64,000 bases of DNA from NCBI GenBank assembly GCA_040437565.1, contig JBDOQK010000031.1:124001-188000 (forward strand), in the 5' to 3' direction. The notes below the pieces were generated by a model. The model had not been told where the DNA came from, did not search any database, and worked only from the letters and a program-made list of their open reading frames with translations. This stretch comes from Albugo candida (lineage: Eukaryota). Positions 50,145 to 63,216 of this stretch are shown in pieces. The position numbers and the translations under genes were made by a program. The first letter of the stretch is position 1. The number at the start of each line of letters is the position of its first letter.

Positions 50145-52823
50145 TTATATCGCGTCTTCAAAATCATTTTCATCCAAGGAGTCCAATACTTCTGCTTTAC
50201 CTAGCTTTTTCAACTCTTCCTGAAGCCTTATCACACCAGAATGCGAGATAGAATTGTTGTTCAGATTTAAGCGACTAAGCTGAGGTAATCGCGGTATCAT
50301 CCATTTCGTAAGTGCTTTCGTTCCTTCCGAGTCGATCTCATTGCCATAAAACGATAAGTCCAGTATGGAGCCATTACATTGTGCTTTGTTTACAGCCAGC
50401 CATTCAGAGAACTCGGACAAACCATCCGAGGTAATCTCATTCTCCTCCAAAACAAGCATCTCAAGATGAGATTGCCTCGCAATCATGGGTGCGATAGCAA
50501 CCAATCCTTCATCTCCTAGTTCATTACCAGAAATGTCGAGATGTTGCAATGAGATTTTCGCCTCATTAATTGCTGTGAGAATTTGAACCAGCCCTTCTTG
50601 ACCCAGAGAAGCATCTCGAAGCTTCAAGAATTCCAATTCCTTTTGTCGACTAATGGCATCAGCCAAAGCCGATGCGCCTTCATGCTGAAAGGAGCAATCG
50701 CTGAGGTCCAAATACCTGAGACGCTTCATGTGAATGGCGATGCTACGCGCTAATTTTTCACTGGCTTCTAAACCAGCACGTGCACTAGCATAACGGAATG
50801 ACGTCAGGAAGCAGCAATGTTCCAGCATTTCAGCAACTGCTATGCAGCCACCAGGCCCACTCATATTATTGTAGAAATGAAATGTCTCCAGAGCCCACGC
50901 GGTTTTGGCCAGATTATCTTTCGGGTCGATTTGTAAAACCACTTCTTGCACGATAAATGAGGCGGCAGCGGCTGAAATGCCGTTATTGCAAAAGTATAGA
51001 TGACGAAGTCTTGGTTGTGGTTTTAACAAACTCAAACAAGCTCGAACGCCTTTCTCGCCTAGTGCATTATCGCTCAGATCGATTTCTTCGAGTTGTTGAG
51101 TACACAATGCGTCACAAACGATTTGAAGGACGCATAATGCTTCATCCTCAGGGCGACCCGCAATGATATCTGCCAAATCTGCTGCTTTGAGATTTACCAA
51201 TCGACTTAAGAAAAGCTCAACAAGCAGTTTGGCTCCATCGGCAGTGTAGCTTTTCCCTCGAAGAGCGATTTTGTCGTAGTGAAGAGGTTTCGATGCATCT
51301 TCGATACTGACACCATTAGTACTCAGTAGCTGCTTGACGCGAGCGGCGTCTACGACCTCTCTGGATTCATCCGTAAACTCAAACAAAGTATTGGTTTTGA
51401 CGAGAGAAATTTCTTGCATCAAAGCAGCCAAATCTTCTACTTCATCATCCTCTTTGACATTGGCGATCCCTTTGTCAACGGTATCGACTCTCTGATTATT
51501 TTTCAAAGATGCGACGATAGCTGTTACTGCTGCTTTTGAGAGATTGCTACCCTCCAGTTTCAAAGAATTTAAATGCTTTTTGGAGACACAAGCATTGATT
51601 AGCGCCAATGCACCTGCTTTCCTGATCCCGCAATTATTCATGTTTATCTTTGCTATTGCTGGAGTGACGTGTGCGCGAAGCAAAGTGCCAGCTAGTATTT
51701 GGGCTCCACGTAATCCAAAATTATTTTGCTCAAGTTCCAAAACTTCCAAGTGTTTCATCACAGGTAGAACCTCTACTAATTTCACCATACTCTCAGAATC
51801 AAGCTCATTCGCTGAGAGATCTAACACTTCTAACAATACACGCTTTTTGCACTTGAAAACTGAATCGAAAGCTTCAGCAATTGCAATCACTCCATTCATC
51901 TTGATACCACAATTACGTAACTTCAAATACTTCATTTGCACTTGCCTTTTCAACGCTTCACCGACGATGATAGCACCGTCGTCGCCGAGGATAGATCCAC
52001 TGAGGTCCAATTTTTTCAGATTGATCGTCGTAGACCTTTTGATACCATTAGCAATACATGATCCATCAAGCGTGGCATGCGTTGCTGAAAATCGAAAGTC
52101 ACATAAAAATGGCGAGCAGCTGAGAATTTCGCTTATAGCTTCCACACCATTATCGTTCAGATTGTTTTGAAAGTGAAGGGTCTCTAGACGAGTCGTACCA
52201 TTTTGTACAAGAATAACTTGGTCACGAATGAATTTTGCGTCTGCGGCAGACATTTCGCAATCACATAAATACAAATGTTTTAGATTTTGCTTGTTTTGCA
52301 ATAGTTTACAACATGTACGAGTGAGCATCTCGCCCAATGCATTGTGACTCAAATCTATACTGTTGACACTATTTGCGCATTCAAATGGATCACACAGCTG
52401 CTGTAGAATGTCCGCTACCGACTCTTTCGGGTGTCCAGCAGTGACATTATTGAGATCAACAATCTCCAGTTGACCAAGTAAATTGTTTTTGCTCATAAGG
52501 TTGACATATGCGGCAAATTGTTGTGCTGCTGCTAAATTGAGAGATTTGTTGCGCAATGAAATTTCGAGAATTGGATTCTTTAATTGTTCAAACGGCATGA
52601 ACGATTTCATCATATCGCATAATTGCGATTGATCGATGATCTCGCATTCAGAATCCGCGAACGCTACCCTTTGGAAAGATGTCTTAACATTAGCATTAGC
52701 GTTCATAATTTTCGATTTTGGAACATCCAGAACCATGGATTCGTAACAGTTAACAAACATGTCATAGCAACTGCGTTTTAATTTCAAAATTGCATATCTC
52801 CGACGCAATTCTTTTCTCGCCAT
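50145..52823 (-). CDS. Ran GTPase-activating protein with two tandem RanGAP LRR domains; true start may be ATG 52736 or 52706
   Basis: Second domain: ADIIAGRPEDEAL, IDLSDNALGEKGVRA, FYNNMSGPGG, ending LDSLDENDFED. The first domain is collinear but diverged (NNVTAGHPKES, IDLSHNALGE, FQNNLNDNG). Confidence 0.9.
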   Translation of the reverse strand: MARKELRRRYAILKLKRSCYDMFVNCYESMVLDVPKSKIMNANANVKTSFQRVAFADSECEIIDQSQLCDMMKSFMPFEQLKNPILEISLRNKSLNLAAAQQFAAYVNLMSKNNLLGQLEIVDLNNVTAGHPKESVADILQQLCDPFECANSVNSIDLSHNALGEMLTRTCCKLLQNKQNLKHLYLCDCEMSAADAKFIRDQVILVQNGTTRLETLHFQNNLNDNGVEAISEILSCSPFLCDFRFSATHATLDGSCIANGIKRSTTINLKKLDLSGSILGDDGAIIVGEALKRQVQMKYLKLRNCGIKMNGVIAIAEAFDSVFKCKKRVLLEVLDLSANELDSESMVKLVEVLPVMKHLEVLELEQNNFGLRGAQILAGTLLRAHVTPAIAKINMNNCGIRKAGALALINACVSKKHLNSLKLEGSNLSKAAVTAIVASLKNNQRVDTVDKGIANVKEDDEVEDLAALMQEISLVKTNTLFEFTDESREVVDAARVKQLLSTNGVSIEDASKPLHYDKIALRGKSYTADGAKLLVELFLSRLVNLKAADLADIIAGRPEDEALCVLQIVCDALCTQQLEEIDLSDNALGEKGVRACLSLLKPQPRLRHLYFCNNGISAAAASFIVQEVVLQIDPKDNLAKTAWALETFHFYNNMSGPGGCIAVAEMLEHCCFLTSFRYASARAGLEASEKLARSIAIHMKRLRYLDLSDCSFQHEGASALADAISRQKELEFLKLRDASLGQEGLVQILTAINEAKISLQHLDISGNELGDEGLVAIAPMIARQSHLEMLVLEENEITSDGLSEFSEWLAVNKAQCNGSILDLSFYGNEIDSEGTKALTKWMIPRLPQLSRLNLNNNSISHSGVIRLQEELKKLGKAEVLDSLDENDFEDAI

Positions 52824-54151
52824 GTCGACTGAAAGAGCACCACTCTCATCAAATGATAACACATCAGCAGTAAAATCTCAGGAATCAATACCTGCGTTCT
52901 TGTCTCCAGTGTCTAAACTTGAATTGGCACGTAAATATGCTGCTGACGAGCAACAAAAGCGAATTGAAGCTGCCAATGAGCGTTTAGTCAACCAATTAAA
53001 ACAGCGCTCAATAAAGCGAAAGAAAACCGAAACTCAGCTTGAAGAACATATACAGAAAAAGATGAAGAAAATCGTGACGACGGAACGACTGCATACATCA
53101 TATCTGAGTGAAGAAACGACAAATGACGCTGACTCGGAGGCTGAATCAGGGCCCAATTCAATGAGGGTCATCAGTCAGATACAGAGTACTGTCGTCTCAA
53201 ATGAGAAACCAGTACTTTCTGTGGATGGCGGTCAAGTGAGCATGGATTCTGATCAGCAACGTCTACCAGAGCCAGGTACGATTTGCCTCTAATGAGATCT
53301 CTCGAGCAATCTACTATCACAGAATCTCACTTTCTATTTCACTGAGTTAGTCGATCTCAGAAATGTTAGTGATATTAGCAGTTTGGAAACAGTAGAAGAT
53401 GAAGGTATCACTCGAACGTTGCTACGGTCTGTGTCGAATACATTCAGATGTATCATTTATCGTGCTTTAGTCAACCAACCGATTCAATGTTCATAGGGAG
53501 GCTAGAAAGAAGCTGGACCGAATAGCAGCCAATAGTGTATCGAATCATAGCTCTCCGACGAGTTTTCAAAGCCCGAGCAAAGCGGCTATGCTAGAAGACT
53601 TTGAAAAAAGTCATTCGCACAGCGATCCGAGTCAAAAAAAAGCAGGAACAGAGCTTCATCGGCCGTTGACCAACTATCATTTGAAACAAATGGGATACGC
53701 TGACAATGTCAACATATACGCTCCTATGCATGAACAGCAGTCGCAACTCAAGGAATTCGAAGCGAAGCAAACGCGAGTGGAACGTGATTGGAACATTCAC
53801 AAGAAGATTGAATTTCAGTCTCCAAATCCCAATGAAGATTCTGAGTACGATGATGAGGACTTCTTGTCGTACGAGGCAGATGATATGGAAGCATACACTA
53901 AAACATCAAAGAACGAGATAAGAGGATCGAATGCACATATGCAAACTCAACGGTATCTACCACAGCATTCAGAGCCATTGCAGCGCACTGAGCAATTGAA
54001 GAGGAGAAAAAATACGCGCTCATCTTCTCTGTGGTATGTACCATTATATATGATATCGTTATTTTTGATGATTCTAGCCATCATGCTCGCAACGGATGTT
54101 TTTGAGGAGTACCATAACAATTTCTGGTCTCTAATATTACAATATGTTTAG
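52822..54151 (+). CDS. Hypothetical protein: coiled-coil N-terminus, acidic middle, single C-terminal TM helix; multi-exon
   Basis: ORFs 52822..53292 and 53588..54151 lie on the same strand with GT-AG candidates between them. The C-terminal hydrophobic helix (LWYVPLYMISLFLMILAIMLA) follows a basic patch. Confidence 0.6.
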
Positions 54152-54204
54152 CATAGACACTTCGAGCTTGGTCATTGTGGCTCACTTTTGATTTCGAGGA
54201 CTCC

Positions 54205-54840
54205 CTACCAGCTCGTCTTTAAATATACCTTGCAAACCTGAGCGCCGATTTCTGTACGATCTATTGCATCGATCAATGCCAACCACGCAAGATATAATGT
54301 GAATATATACAGCGGGAACCAATACATCACAGAGAAAAATCTACTCCGATAGTCTCCAAATTGCGACTGCTGAAAATATTCTTTGGACACGAGGGAGTGC
54401 AAATCTTGTGCAGCGTCTTTGAACAAGGATGCTGTTTCTTCAGAGTCCAAAGAAGCAACAGACCGCCAGTCAGACATACTGGAGTCCGCTGTATCGCTTT
54501 CTGTCGGACAATATGTTTCATCATTTTCCGCCAGGGACTCGGTTGTATTTTCAAATAGTGTGCACCAGTCTGCGAATGATAGCTCAATTTTCGATAGTAT
54601 CGTTCGCGTCTTCGAATAACTAGCAAGAAGTCAGCAAGATGAAAGTCACCACATACAACTTAATCTACTGACCACAAGAACGCTCGGGTTATTTCATCGC
54701 CTTCCACAGTCTCAAGCGCCGAAACTGATGGAATTTTTGCCAAGTCGACAGCAGAATCAGCCTCTACAAAACTATTGTCAGATATGCTCGAACAACATAT
54801 TGTCAGGAAAACACGCACTGGACGATAGTATTCGTTTCAT
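54205..54840 (-). CDS. Hypothetical protein, multi-exon
   Basis: Frame-consistent splicing from ATG 54840 (MKRILSS-K-ADSAVDLAK...RAFL-C-YSKTRTIL...) into ORF 54205..54477. No family recognised. Confidence 0.45.
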
Positions 54841-55327
54841 CTCTTTTCTTGACCGAAAATCACAAACTAATCAATGCGATGCAGTAGTCGGTCTTGAGTC
54901 ATAAGATTTCACACGGTCGCTGAACTCATCTCAAGATGCTACTATGCGTCACTCCTTCACGGATAAGCGACATTGCATCAACAATAGTCACTACCGATCT
55001 TGTATCTAATTTCGTGTCAATCGTCAGATACGTTGGTCACAAATACTTGGAGCCGAGTTTTTCTCGAATCAATAATTGATCGCTGATTGATTGATATGGT
55101 TGCGCTCAATCGGGCTACTCACAAGACTAGATTGCAGGGGCGCTAGCTATCCCGAGCGCTTGACACTGCATCAGAGCGACTAGCATACAGTACTGACCGA
55201 TATAGGGAACCGGGCAATGCCTTTTCTGTCGAATCGCTTGGATCGCTTATGATTCACGTGTTAATGCCGTAAAAAAGACGAGAGGACATTGACCTCTCAA
55301 TAGCTCTTTTCTAAAGTTTACAATCCA

Positions 55328-55427
55328 NNNNNNNNNNNNNNNNNNNNNNNNNNNNNNNNNNNNNNNNNNNNNNNNNNNNNNNNNNNNNNNNNNNNNNNNN
55401 NNNNNNNNNNNNNNNNNNNNNNNNNNN
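55328..55427. other. Assembly gap (100 N) without substantial flanking duplication
   Basis: Run of 100 N; the flanks share only about 3 nt. Confidence 0.9.
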
Positions 55428-55652
55428 CCAATCATATCTTCTGTAGGTATTTAGACCAATCAAGGTGATCCTAGGATTATAGGTAAAGATCGGCGTATTG
55501 TACCGACGACGTGGTACCGTGAGGAGCTAGTAAAGTTTAGTCAGAAGTAATTACTCGCATCAGTGACATAAAAGATTTTGATTGTCCATTACGAAGCCCA
55601 ACAACCGACTGAAAGAGTTGTTTGCGACGTATTCAGTTGAAGTAGCATCAAA

Positions 55653-58600
55653 ATGGTCACTTTACGAGGAAAGAAAGCATACACAAGTGTGAAAACGCGA
55701 CCTGTGCGAGAAAAAAACACAGCCACGAGTAAAAAGAATTCCACGCGTGCAAATAAAAGACTCGATGCGATACCCAAACAAGAAAATATGGAGACTATCC
55801 CATCGGAAACCTCGCTTCACTTTGCGAATTTATCAAAAGAAGATCAATGGATTCGAATGATGCGATTTTTAGTGCGCTCCACCTTATTTCTGAACAACTC
55901 AACGTCAATACAAGCGATGAATCTGGAGTCTTGTGCGAAAGTATCATCTCATCGTGGAGGTACTCAAAGCTCAAACGAGGCAGAGCGGGCTCAGAATGCT
56001 CAGAATAAGAAAGCAACGGATGGAACATCTCCCATTCAATTTCTTTGTGACTCACTACTGGTTGCTCAGTGCCTCACTCCGAAAGAAAATAAGTTGGACG
56101 CTCATCAGATTATCGACAAAATGGACAGAAGTACGCGGAAACGCATATGTGGGGAGGTTTTCGGAGCTGATGAAATTGCTTACAGCTGTCGAGATTGCCA
56201 AGTCGACCCAACCTGTGTTATTTGTAATGATTGCTTCTTGCAAAGGTTTGGAAATTCCCGAGTTGAGCGCTTTTTCAGTTGATAATGAGCTTATTCTTGT
56301 TAGTGACCATACCGGACATGTCGTATATTTTCAAAGAACAGCGGCCGGTAGCTCATGTGATTGTGGTGATCCTCAGGTTCATTGCATGTCTAGCAGGTTA
56401 TCAATACTGTTTGCTGACATTGAATCTAGGCCTGGAAGCGAAGTGGGTTTTGCTGTAATCACGCTGGCATGGACGCTTTGGATGCAAGCACAATTGACGG
56501 TCGCATCTGGACCGACGCTTTGAAGTTTGACGGAAAGACAGGGAAGACATTTGCAAAGTGGAGTAAGCAACTAAATTTGACCACAGCAATGTGTCAAAAC
56601 GCTTTTGAAGTCATTGATTCGGTGATCGATCATGTGCATCAAACATTGATCGCGATCGAAAACGCTTTTGAATTGGCGGAAGCTTTTGAGCTTTTTTCTC
56701 GAGGCATACACAACAAGGCTATAGTCTCCACGATTGAACACACCACGTCAATATCACATACGCCGACTGGAAACACACCCAACATACGCGTCCAACCGAA
56801 TGACCACGTGCGAGGAAGGGTCGACGCCCAAGGAAAATCGGCTTTAAATCGCCCCGGTCAAGACAAGAGTAATTCACAAAATCAAAAATGTGAGCTATTT
56901 TACATACGCCTTCACAACGATGACGTACACACATACCACAAGGTAGAAGAAACACCAGCAATTGTTGAAGTGGACTTTAATTCTTTCTGACTGTATTGAA
57001 CAGGTCGCTAATACGCTATCGACCACATTTCAACTCTCCGAATCGGTGTCCACTCGAATAGTTGATTCGATCGATCGACACGGCGATGCGATAATTCGAC
57101 AGGATTTCCACATACTGGAGTGTCCCTACCCTGTTGCAGAATGTGCTTGGGCGACACTGAATGTGTCCGTGGCACCAGCCTGGTTAGATGAACAGATAGC
57201 ACAACTCGAATCTTTACTAGACTGGCTGTACAAGCTCATACGACGGTCTGATGGCTACGACGTTCTGGCCACACATGCCCTCTGTAAGCCGAGGAAAGTC
57301 TCATTGCGGACAGTCGAGGAGATATCGAGCATGTTTGACACTAATACGACTTTGCTGGATCTGATAAAGGCAGGCAATTTCGGTGTGCATCATCAGACTC
57401 GTAGCGTGTTTGAGAAAATGATTGGAAAAAAGTCGGTGCATACATGGGCTTACGAACTCGAGAAACAGATACGCTCTCGTTATGTCTTTTTCGGTAAAAG
57501 AGGCGACCAAGAGTCGACGAACGGACCTACCATTGCTTCAAAAGAAAAGCTCCAAAAGATTAAATGTAACAATCAGTTCATTAGCAGCTTTGTGGAACAC
57601 TTGGCAGAGACACCGGAGGAGGCACTTCAAACGAGTTCCGTCAATGTGAAAAAGATTCGGGATGGGTGCGAGGCTATTTTACAACATTACTACGTCGATA
57701 GAAATAAGGATGTCCCATTCCACTCAACGCTGGAGTTGTTGATGCGATACGATGCTGTCTTTCGCAAAAGAACCTCGGAGAATCTGCATCGGATTCTTCG
57801 TGAACTACTGCTGTGCTCCTCTATCTTTCGAGACAAGATGCTGAAGAACTACCTCTATGCGTATAAGCCAATGACAAAGTTTTATCTGCAAGGACTGGGG
57901 AACAGCAATGAAACAATATTTGATTTTGCAGTCCAGTTTCTGACCGACTCGAAACTTGTGCAAAAGTATACGAAGGCCGCAATACGACAAGAGGACGAAC
58001 AATGGAATGAAGAAAAATCGTTAATTTCGATACCTCATCGACGACGTCCAGAGATTATCAAGGTATTCCTGGATGCCCTCTACGCCACTTTGTTGATTGC
58101 GTCACAACCGAAAGCCGACACTGGGGAAAACATCGTCATAGCAGGATCGTTAGACCCAGAATTGACCGTGATCAGCAATCAAAAATACAAGGTGAGCTAT
58201 GTGATCATACTTTGCTACGATCACAACGCTGACAAAAGTTGGCTCGTTAGCATTGTGTGGACAATTTGGAATACGTGCTCAATGTCGGAGGAATCTCAAA
58301 TGAATTGGTTTGTGTCGAAGAAAATCTCACTTTGTGGCTTTCGTGTTTACGGATATTGCAGGTAAGTTGATTTCAAGAAAGAGTATGTGCACGTGATTAT
58401 GACTCGCTTGTGGTAATAGAATGGAGACGCCGAACGACGTCGGGGTCCTTGGGAAGCTCACGTTGAGTATGAATCAGATACCTGGCTGTCAATGTTTAAT
58501 CTCGGCATTCGAATGCATTCAATCTTTCCGGTTGCGTGGAGTCGGTTTGGTGCTAATGCACTCCATCAACATGAAATGACAATTCCTCAAATCTTCAAGG

Positions 58601-61600
58601 TGATCACGAACGTGATAATTACGACATGTAAAGAGCTCCATGCGGGAAAGGAAGATAAACATGTTCTGCCGGTATACGCACTCGCGTCAGAATCTGACTC
58701 ATCGTCTGAAAATGGCTTTTTGACACACAAGTTTGACTACGCGTCCTTCAAGGTGTCAATGCATGTACCACTTCATCGATTATTTGCGTGTGCTGTACGT
58801 CGCGTCTGTATCTACGACATGGAGCATTCTCAATCACTCGAGCAATACGGTCTGCTTGCAACACTTGGTTTGGATACATTAACCATTACTGAGCGCGTGG
58901 AGCTGGTAGAAGCTCCACTACGCTGTCTCGTGATGGCTTCGCAGATTCATTCGAATTTGTGGCGACGTAATGGGGACGAGAATATGATGGCTCAATTATA
59001 CAATTATTCTGCATTACCGTATTGCATCCATTACCGAGATGCAGATGTATTTATGATGCAGCTTGGAGTTTTGCTACTTGGAGCAGAAAGTATGATGGCA
59101 CGTATTATGGATCGTTTCGAGATCGCAGCATATTTCGCACGCGATACTGCTGGCGATTCCGTGTCACCAGTTGATCCAGAACGATATTGTAAAGTGCTGG
59201 GGTATTATACACTATCCAACGACGCCATTGATAGTCAGCGATATTTGCAGCTGGTCGAAGAATTTCTGCGATTAATCATCATCATTGGAACAACTCTTCC
59301 GTGCTCTATGGGGGCAGAATATGACGAAACTTTCCTCAAACAGGAGATGTTGCAGCAATTATGTGCAAAACCGTACCCATTCAGTCGTCTCTTTGAGCTC
59401 GCAATTCTACCGTCTGGACAAGACGATATCTCTATTTCGAGACTAGAAGACATTTTGTCGCAGATCGCAGACTTTAATCCTCCGTTGGGTCTCGAACCTG
59501 GGCGTTATACCCTCAAGTCAGGACTCTTGGAACAGTACAATCCTTATTTTCTTCATTTGAATCGTGAATCTCATGAATTGGCTCGCGATCGATGGACCAC
59601 ATTTCGAGCACAGCTGCGGCAAGAAACTCACACTACTAAAAGCATTTCACAACCCGTTTATCCACCACCACGACCTACACCGTTTATACGACCCGTGCAA
59701 GAAATTCTTACATGTCGAAGTACGATGACAATCATCGGAACAATTTTGGAGCGTGCTCTCCGTTCGGATTCAGTGACGACCCAACAACCTCCAGCAATAT
59801 TTGGAGTGTCTGATGGAGTGCTCACGACCAATTTGCATTTACTTGCTCTCAGTATACACGTCTTGGTGATCCGTCAGGAACAAGCGGAAGCACCAGATAT
59901 ACTTTTTGATCAGCTTTGTACGAAGACTAGCACTTTAAAACATTCTCTGATGGAGCTTTTAGTACAACTTTCAGCGGGCAGTTCTTTGTTGGATGTCGAT
60001 CAATTGGAAGTGGTTGAATGGATTTTGGCATTTGTGTCGGATAATTCATCTGAATGCAAACGATCGATTGAGAGAGCGACTGATAAAGTGAAGCAAAGCG
60101 TTGGTGGAAGTGGAGCACATGGAGATGCGGGTACACCAGGTTCGGAGTCAATGCATGACCGAAAAGAAGCCGCTAGGAAGCGTGTCCTTGATGCAATGGC
60201 CAAACAACAAGCATCTTTTCAACTTATGATGTCGCAAAACGACGAACGCAGTCACGAAGAATCCGACAATGAAAATGAGACAACATCATCCGTGACGCCT
60301 CCTTCTCAAAGTCGAGAGCGCAAAATGATCTTAAAGAGACGAAATGCAGACAGTGGGGACACACTCACCGTCATGGGACAGCATAAGCGACATAAAAGTC
60401 TCATCGAACTGAAGTGTATTTTGTGCCACGACAGCTCGAAACAGGCTGAAATGGGTGTCGCTGCACTTGTACATCAGTCAACCGTAATGTCAACTTCATT
60501 TCGTCCAGACCCCAGTGTGGCCTTACAGGCTAATGGAGCAAAAGCGAGGCGAAATATCAAAGATTTGATCGAAAAGATTGGATTGTGCTCTGGTACTGAA
60601 AGTCTATTGAGTCACACTTTTGGAAGTGAAGCAGACATGCATGCTTTTGGCTCCCCCCTGGAAGATTGGATTGGTAGAAGTGTTCCAGAAGATGGGTTTT
60701 CTCTCGAGATAGATAATACGATGGAGTACTTACCGGCAATCCAGGCTTTGGGAACAGAGACCAATCCCGCAAATGGCCGAATGATGCTCATTGAGGCCGA
60801 CATAGATAACTTTGTGGTCGAAGGTGGGGAATCGGGTGATTCAGCTGGCAGTCCCTTATTAGATCTGTCTCGTCCTACTACCTTGCGACGAACAGAACGT
60901 CAAGCCACACGAACCAATCGTCAACGCAACATGACTGCTGAAGATGAAAGCACAGAACGGATCGGAACAGCCTCAGCACGACGAACGACAGTGTCACATT
61001 CGCCTTCAAAATTATACCTGCGTCCTTGCGGATTGCACATTCGGACGTGTCAACACGCTGTTCATCGATCCTGCTTGGATGGATACATTCGCTGTTTGCA
61101 TGAAAAAGCAACTCGAGGAGAGGATTACGATGGTGTACAAGCAATTGATCCCGACTCGACCATGATGCAATTTCTATGTCCTCTGTGCAAAACAATCTCG
61201 AATGTACTCATTCCAACATCAGACTGTCTGACATGTGATGAAAAGGATGTCTCGTACGACAAAACCAGCGCAGCATCTTCAAAAGCGCATTGGTATGACA
61301 TTTTGCAAGAACAAGCTACTTTCTCGAACTGGTACCGTGTAGTCTTTGGTCGCAATGGAACCAGCAAGGATAACGAGCCAAGTCTCGTGGAACATGAACA
61401 ATGGCGAGATTATTTCGAGCAGACTCTGTGGGAACCTCATGGAAGTCTGGAGAAGGGAGCTCCTTATCTCTGGTCAGCTTGCGCATACTCCATTGCCTCT
61501 TTCAGTAGAATTGTGGAGGAAGAATTCAGAAATGCTTCTGGTGGAGATGATATATTCGACCCACTTGTTCATCCTTGTCCTTCTACTTTGAAAAAGGAGA

Positions 61601-63100
61601 TGCACTCGTTGACTCTCACGACCAAATTCTGTCGATGGTCTTTCACGCTTTTGGAACACAGTGAAGACGCTAAAATCATCTGGGAAACTGCAAAGCGGTG
61701 CTCTCCCTTACACTACGAGACGAAGCGTGATCACAACAAATTCACAAAAGTCTTGGGCACCATCGATCCATGCTTGCGCGGTACGATTTGGGGATTACTG
61801 GTTGCCGATAATTTCACGGTCAGAAAGTTTGATTGTTTGCAAAATTTGATGCACGAACTTAGTACTCGTTCTTTTGTAGGCGTTCGTGGTGGCCAGCGTA
61901 TTATCGTTAAAGTTGGAGAAAATTGGTCTCAGCATCCCGGTGTTTGCTGCAGCTGATCTACTTCAGCGACTCTACCTCGAGTTTTTTGCACATGTCGAAT
62001 GTGGTGCCGGTATTCTTCTTCAAGAAAGTGAGAACGCTGCGTCAAATGAATCGTCCGAGTTGGATGAACGAGCTTCAACGAGGAGGACGAGGATGGAAAC
62101 ACGTAAAATGAAGGCTCAATCATCAAGTGCACAATACAAATCGATTCCAGTTCAAAGCACAGAAAGCATCAAGACGCTTATTCAAACAAAACTTGACAGC
62201 ATAGAAGTGGATGAACACAGCGCATACATTGTATCAATTCTACAGATATTGTTACGCATAGCTTGCTTGTTTCCTGATCAAAAGCTGAAAAATCGAGGCA
62301 TCAGCAATTTTGAGCAGCGAGTCTCAAGGATCGTACAATCCAACCAACTGCTAGTGCGTCGGATGAAGCTATTCTGGAGGTGCTTATTTGTCGATACTCA
62401 ATGGTCAGAAAGCATGCGACATCTGATATCAGTACCCTCAATGGCAGAGTTTGCAGAGAGTCCGGATAATGTCTTGACGCAACTATGGAAATGGTGCGTG
62501 GATCGTCGAAGCAATCAGCGATATTTAAGTGTTGCCAACAAGCGTGAAGTCTGTGAGCATACTGAGGACTGCAGTGATTCCTACACAGCAAGCATGTTTA
62601 TCTTGCGAGAGAACTCTCTTGACCCGCAATTAGTCGACCTCCCCATCCAGTACGACAAGCTGTACAGTCAACACATGGGTCAAAAGTGTGAGCGGTGCGA
62701 TAAAGTTCCGACAGAAGCAGGATTGTGTTTAGTTTGCGGGCAATATCTTTGCTGCGGTGATTCGTGTTGCGAGACCCCGTACATGCTTGATGGTCCTCCT
62801 GTTGGCGAGTGTACACGACATGCGGCTGAATGTGGAGGCGGTGTCGGAATCGTGCTTTTACTGGATCAATGCCGTGTTGTTATTATAGCAGGAAGTATGG
62901 CAGCGTACTTTCCAAGCCCTTATGTCGATGCGCATGGTGAAGAAGATATTGGCCTACAGCGTGGTCGTCCATTACGTCTGGATATGGCGAGGTATCGGCA
63001 TTTGGAGAGCTTATGGATCAATCATCGTATCTTTGCTGAAGTGTCCCGCCAACGGAACTTGTGTGATCCTCAGTATGCGATCAATCTCTCGTATTTGTAA
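55653..63100 (+). CDS. UBR1: UBR1/PRT6-like N-recognin E3 ubiquitin ligase, about 7 exons
   Basis: UBR box (CGEVF...YSCRDCQVDPTCVICNDCF...HTGH...CDCGD), ClpS-like N-domain (LHNDDVHTY), WRRNG, split RING (CILC...TCQHAVHRSC...FLCPLCK) and C-terminal domain (CLVCG, SPYVDAHGEED, RGRPLRL). Confidence 0.93.
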
Positions 63101-63216
63101 GGTTTTGATATGAAAAATCATGAAGTTCGACTGACATTTTGTATGACCAATTGCGAATCTCTACTTTGTGAGATGACGACTGCTTGCTTCCGACAGCACA
63201 AGAGCAAGAAAAGCTT

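Noticed and set aside
52821-52824. Overlapping start codons on both strands (CATG) for RanGAP and the divergent gene
   Set aside because: Alignment of the two RanGAP halves suggests the real start is downstream (52736 or 52706), leaving an ordinary short bidirectional promoter. The palindrome is probably coincidental.
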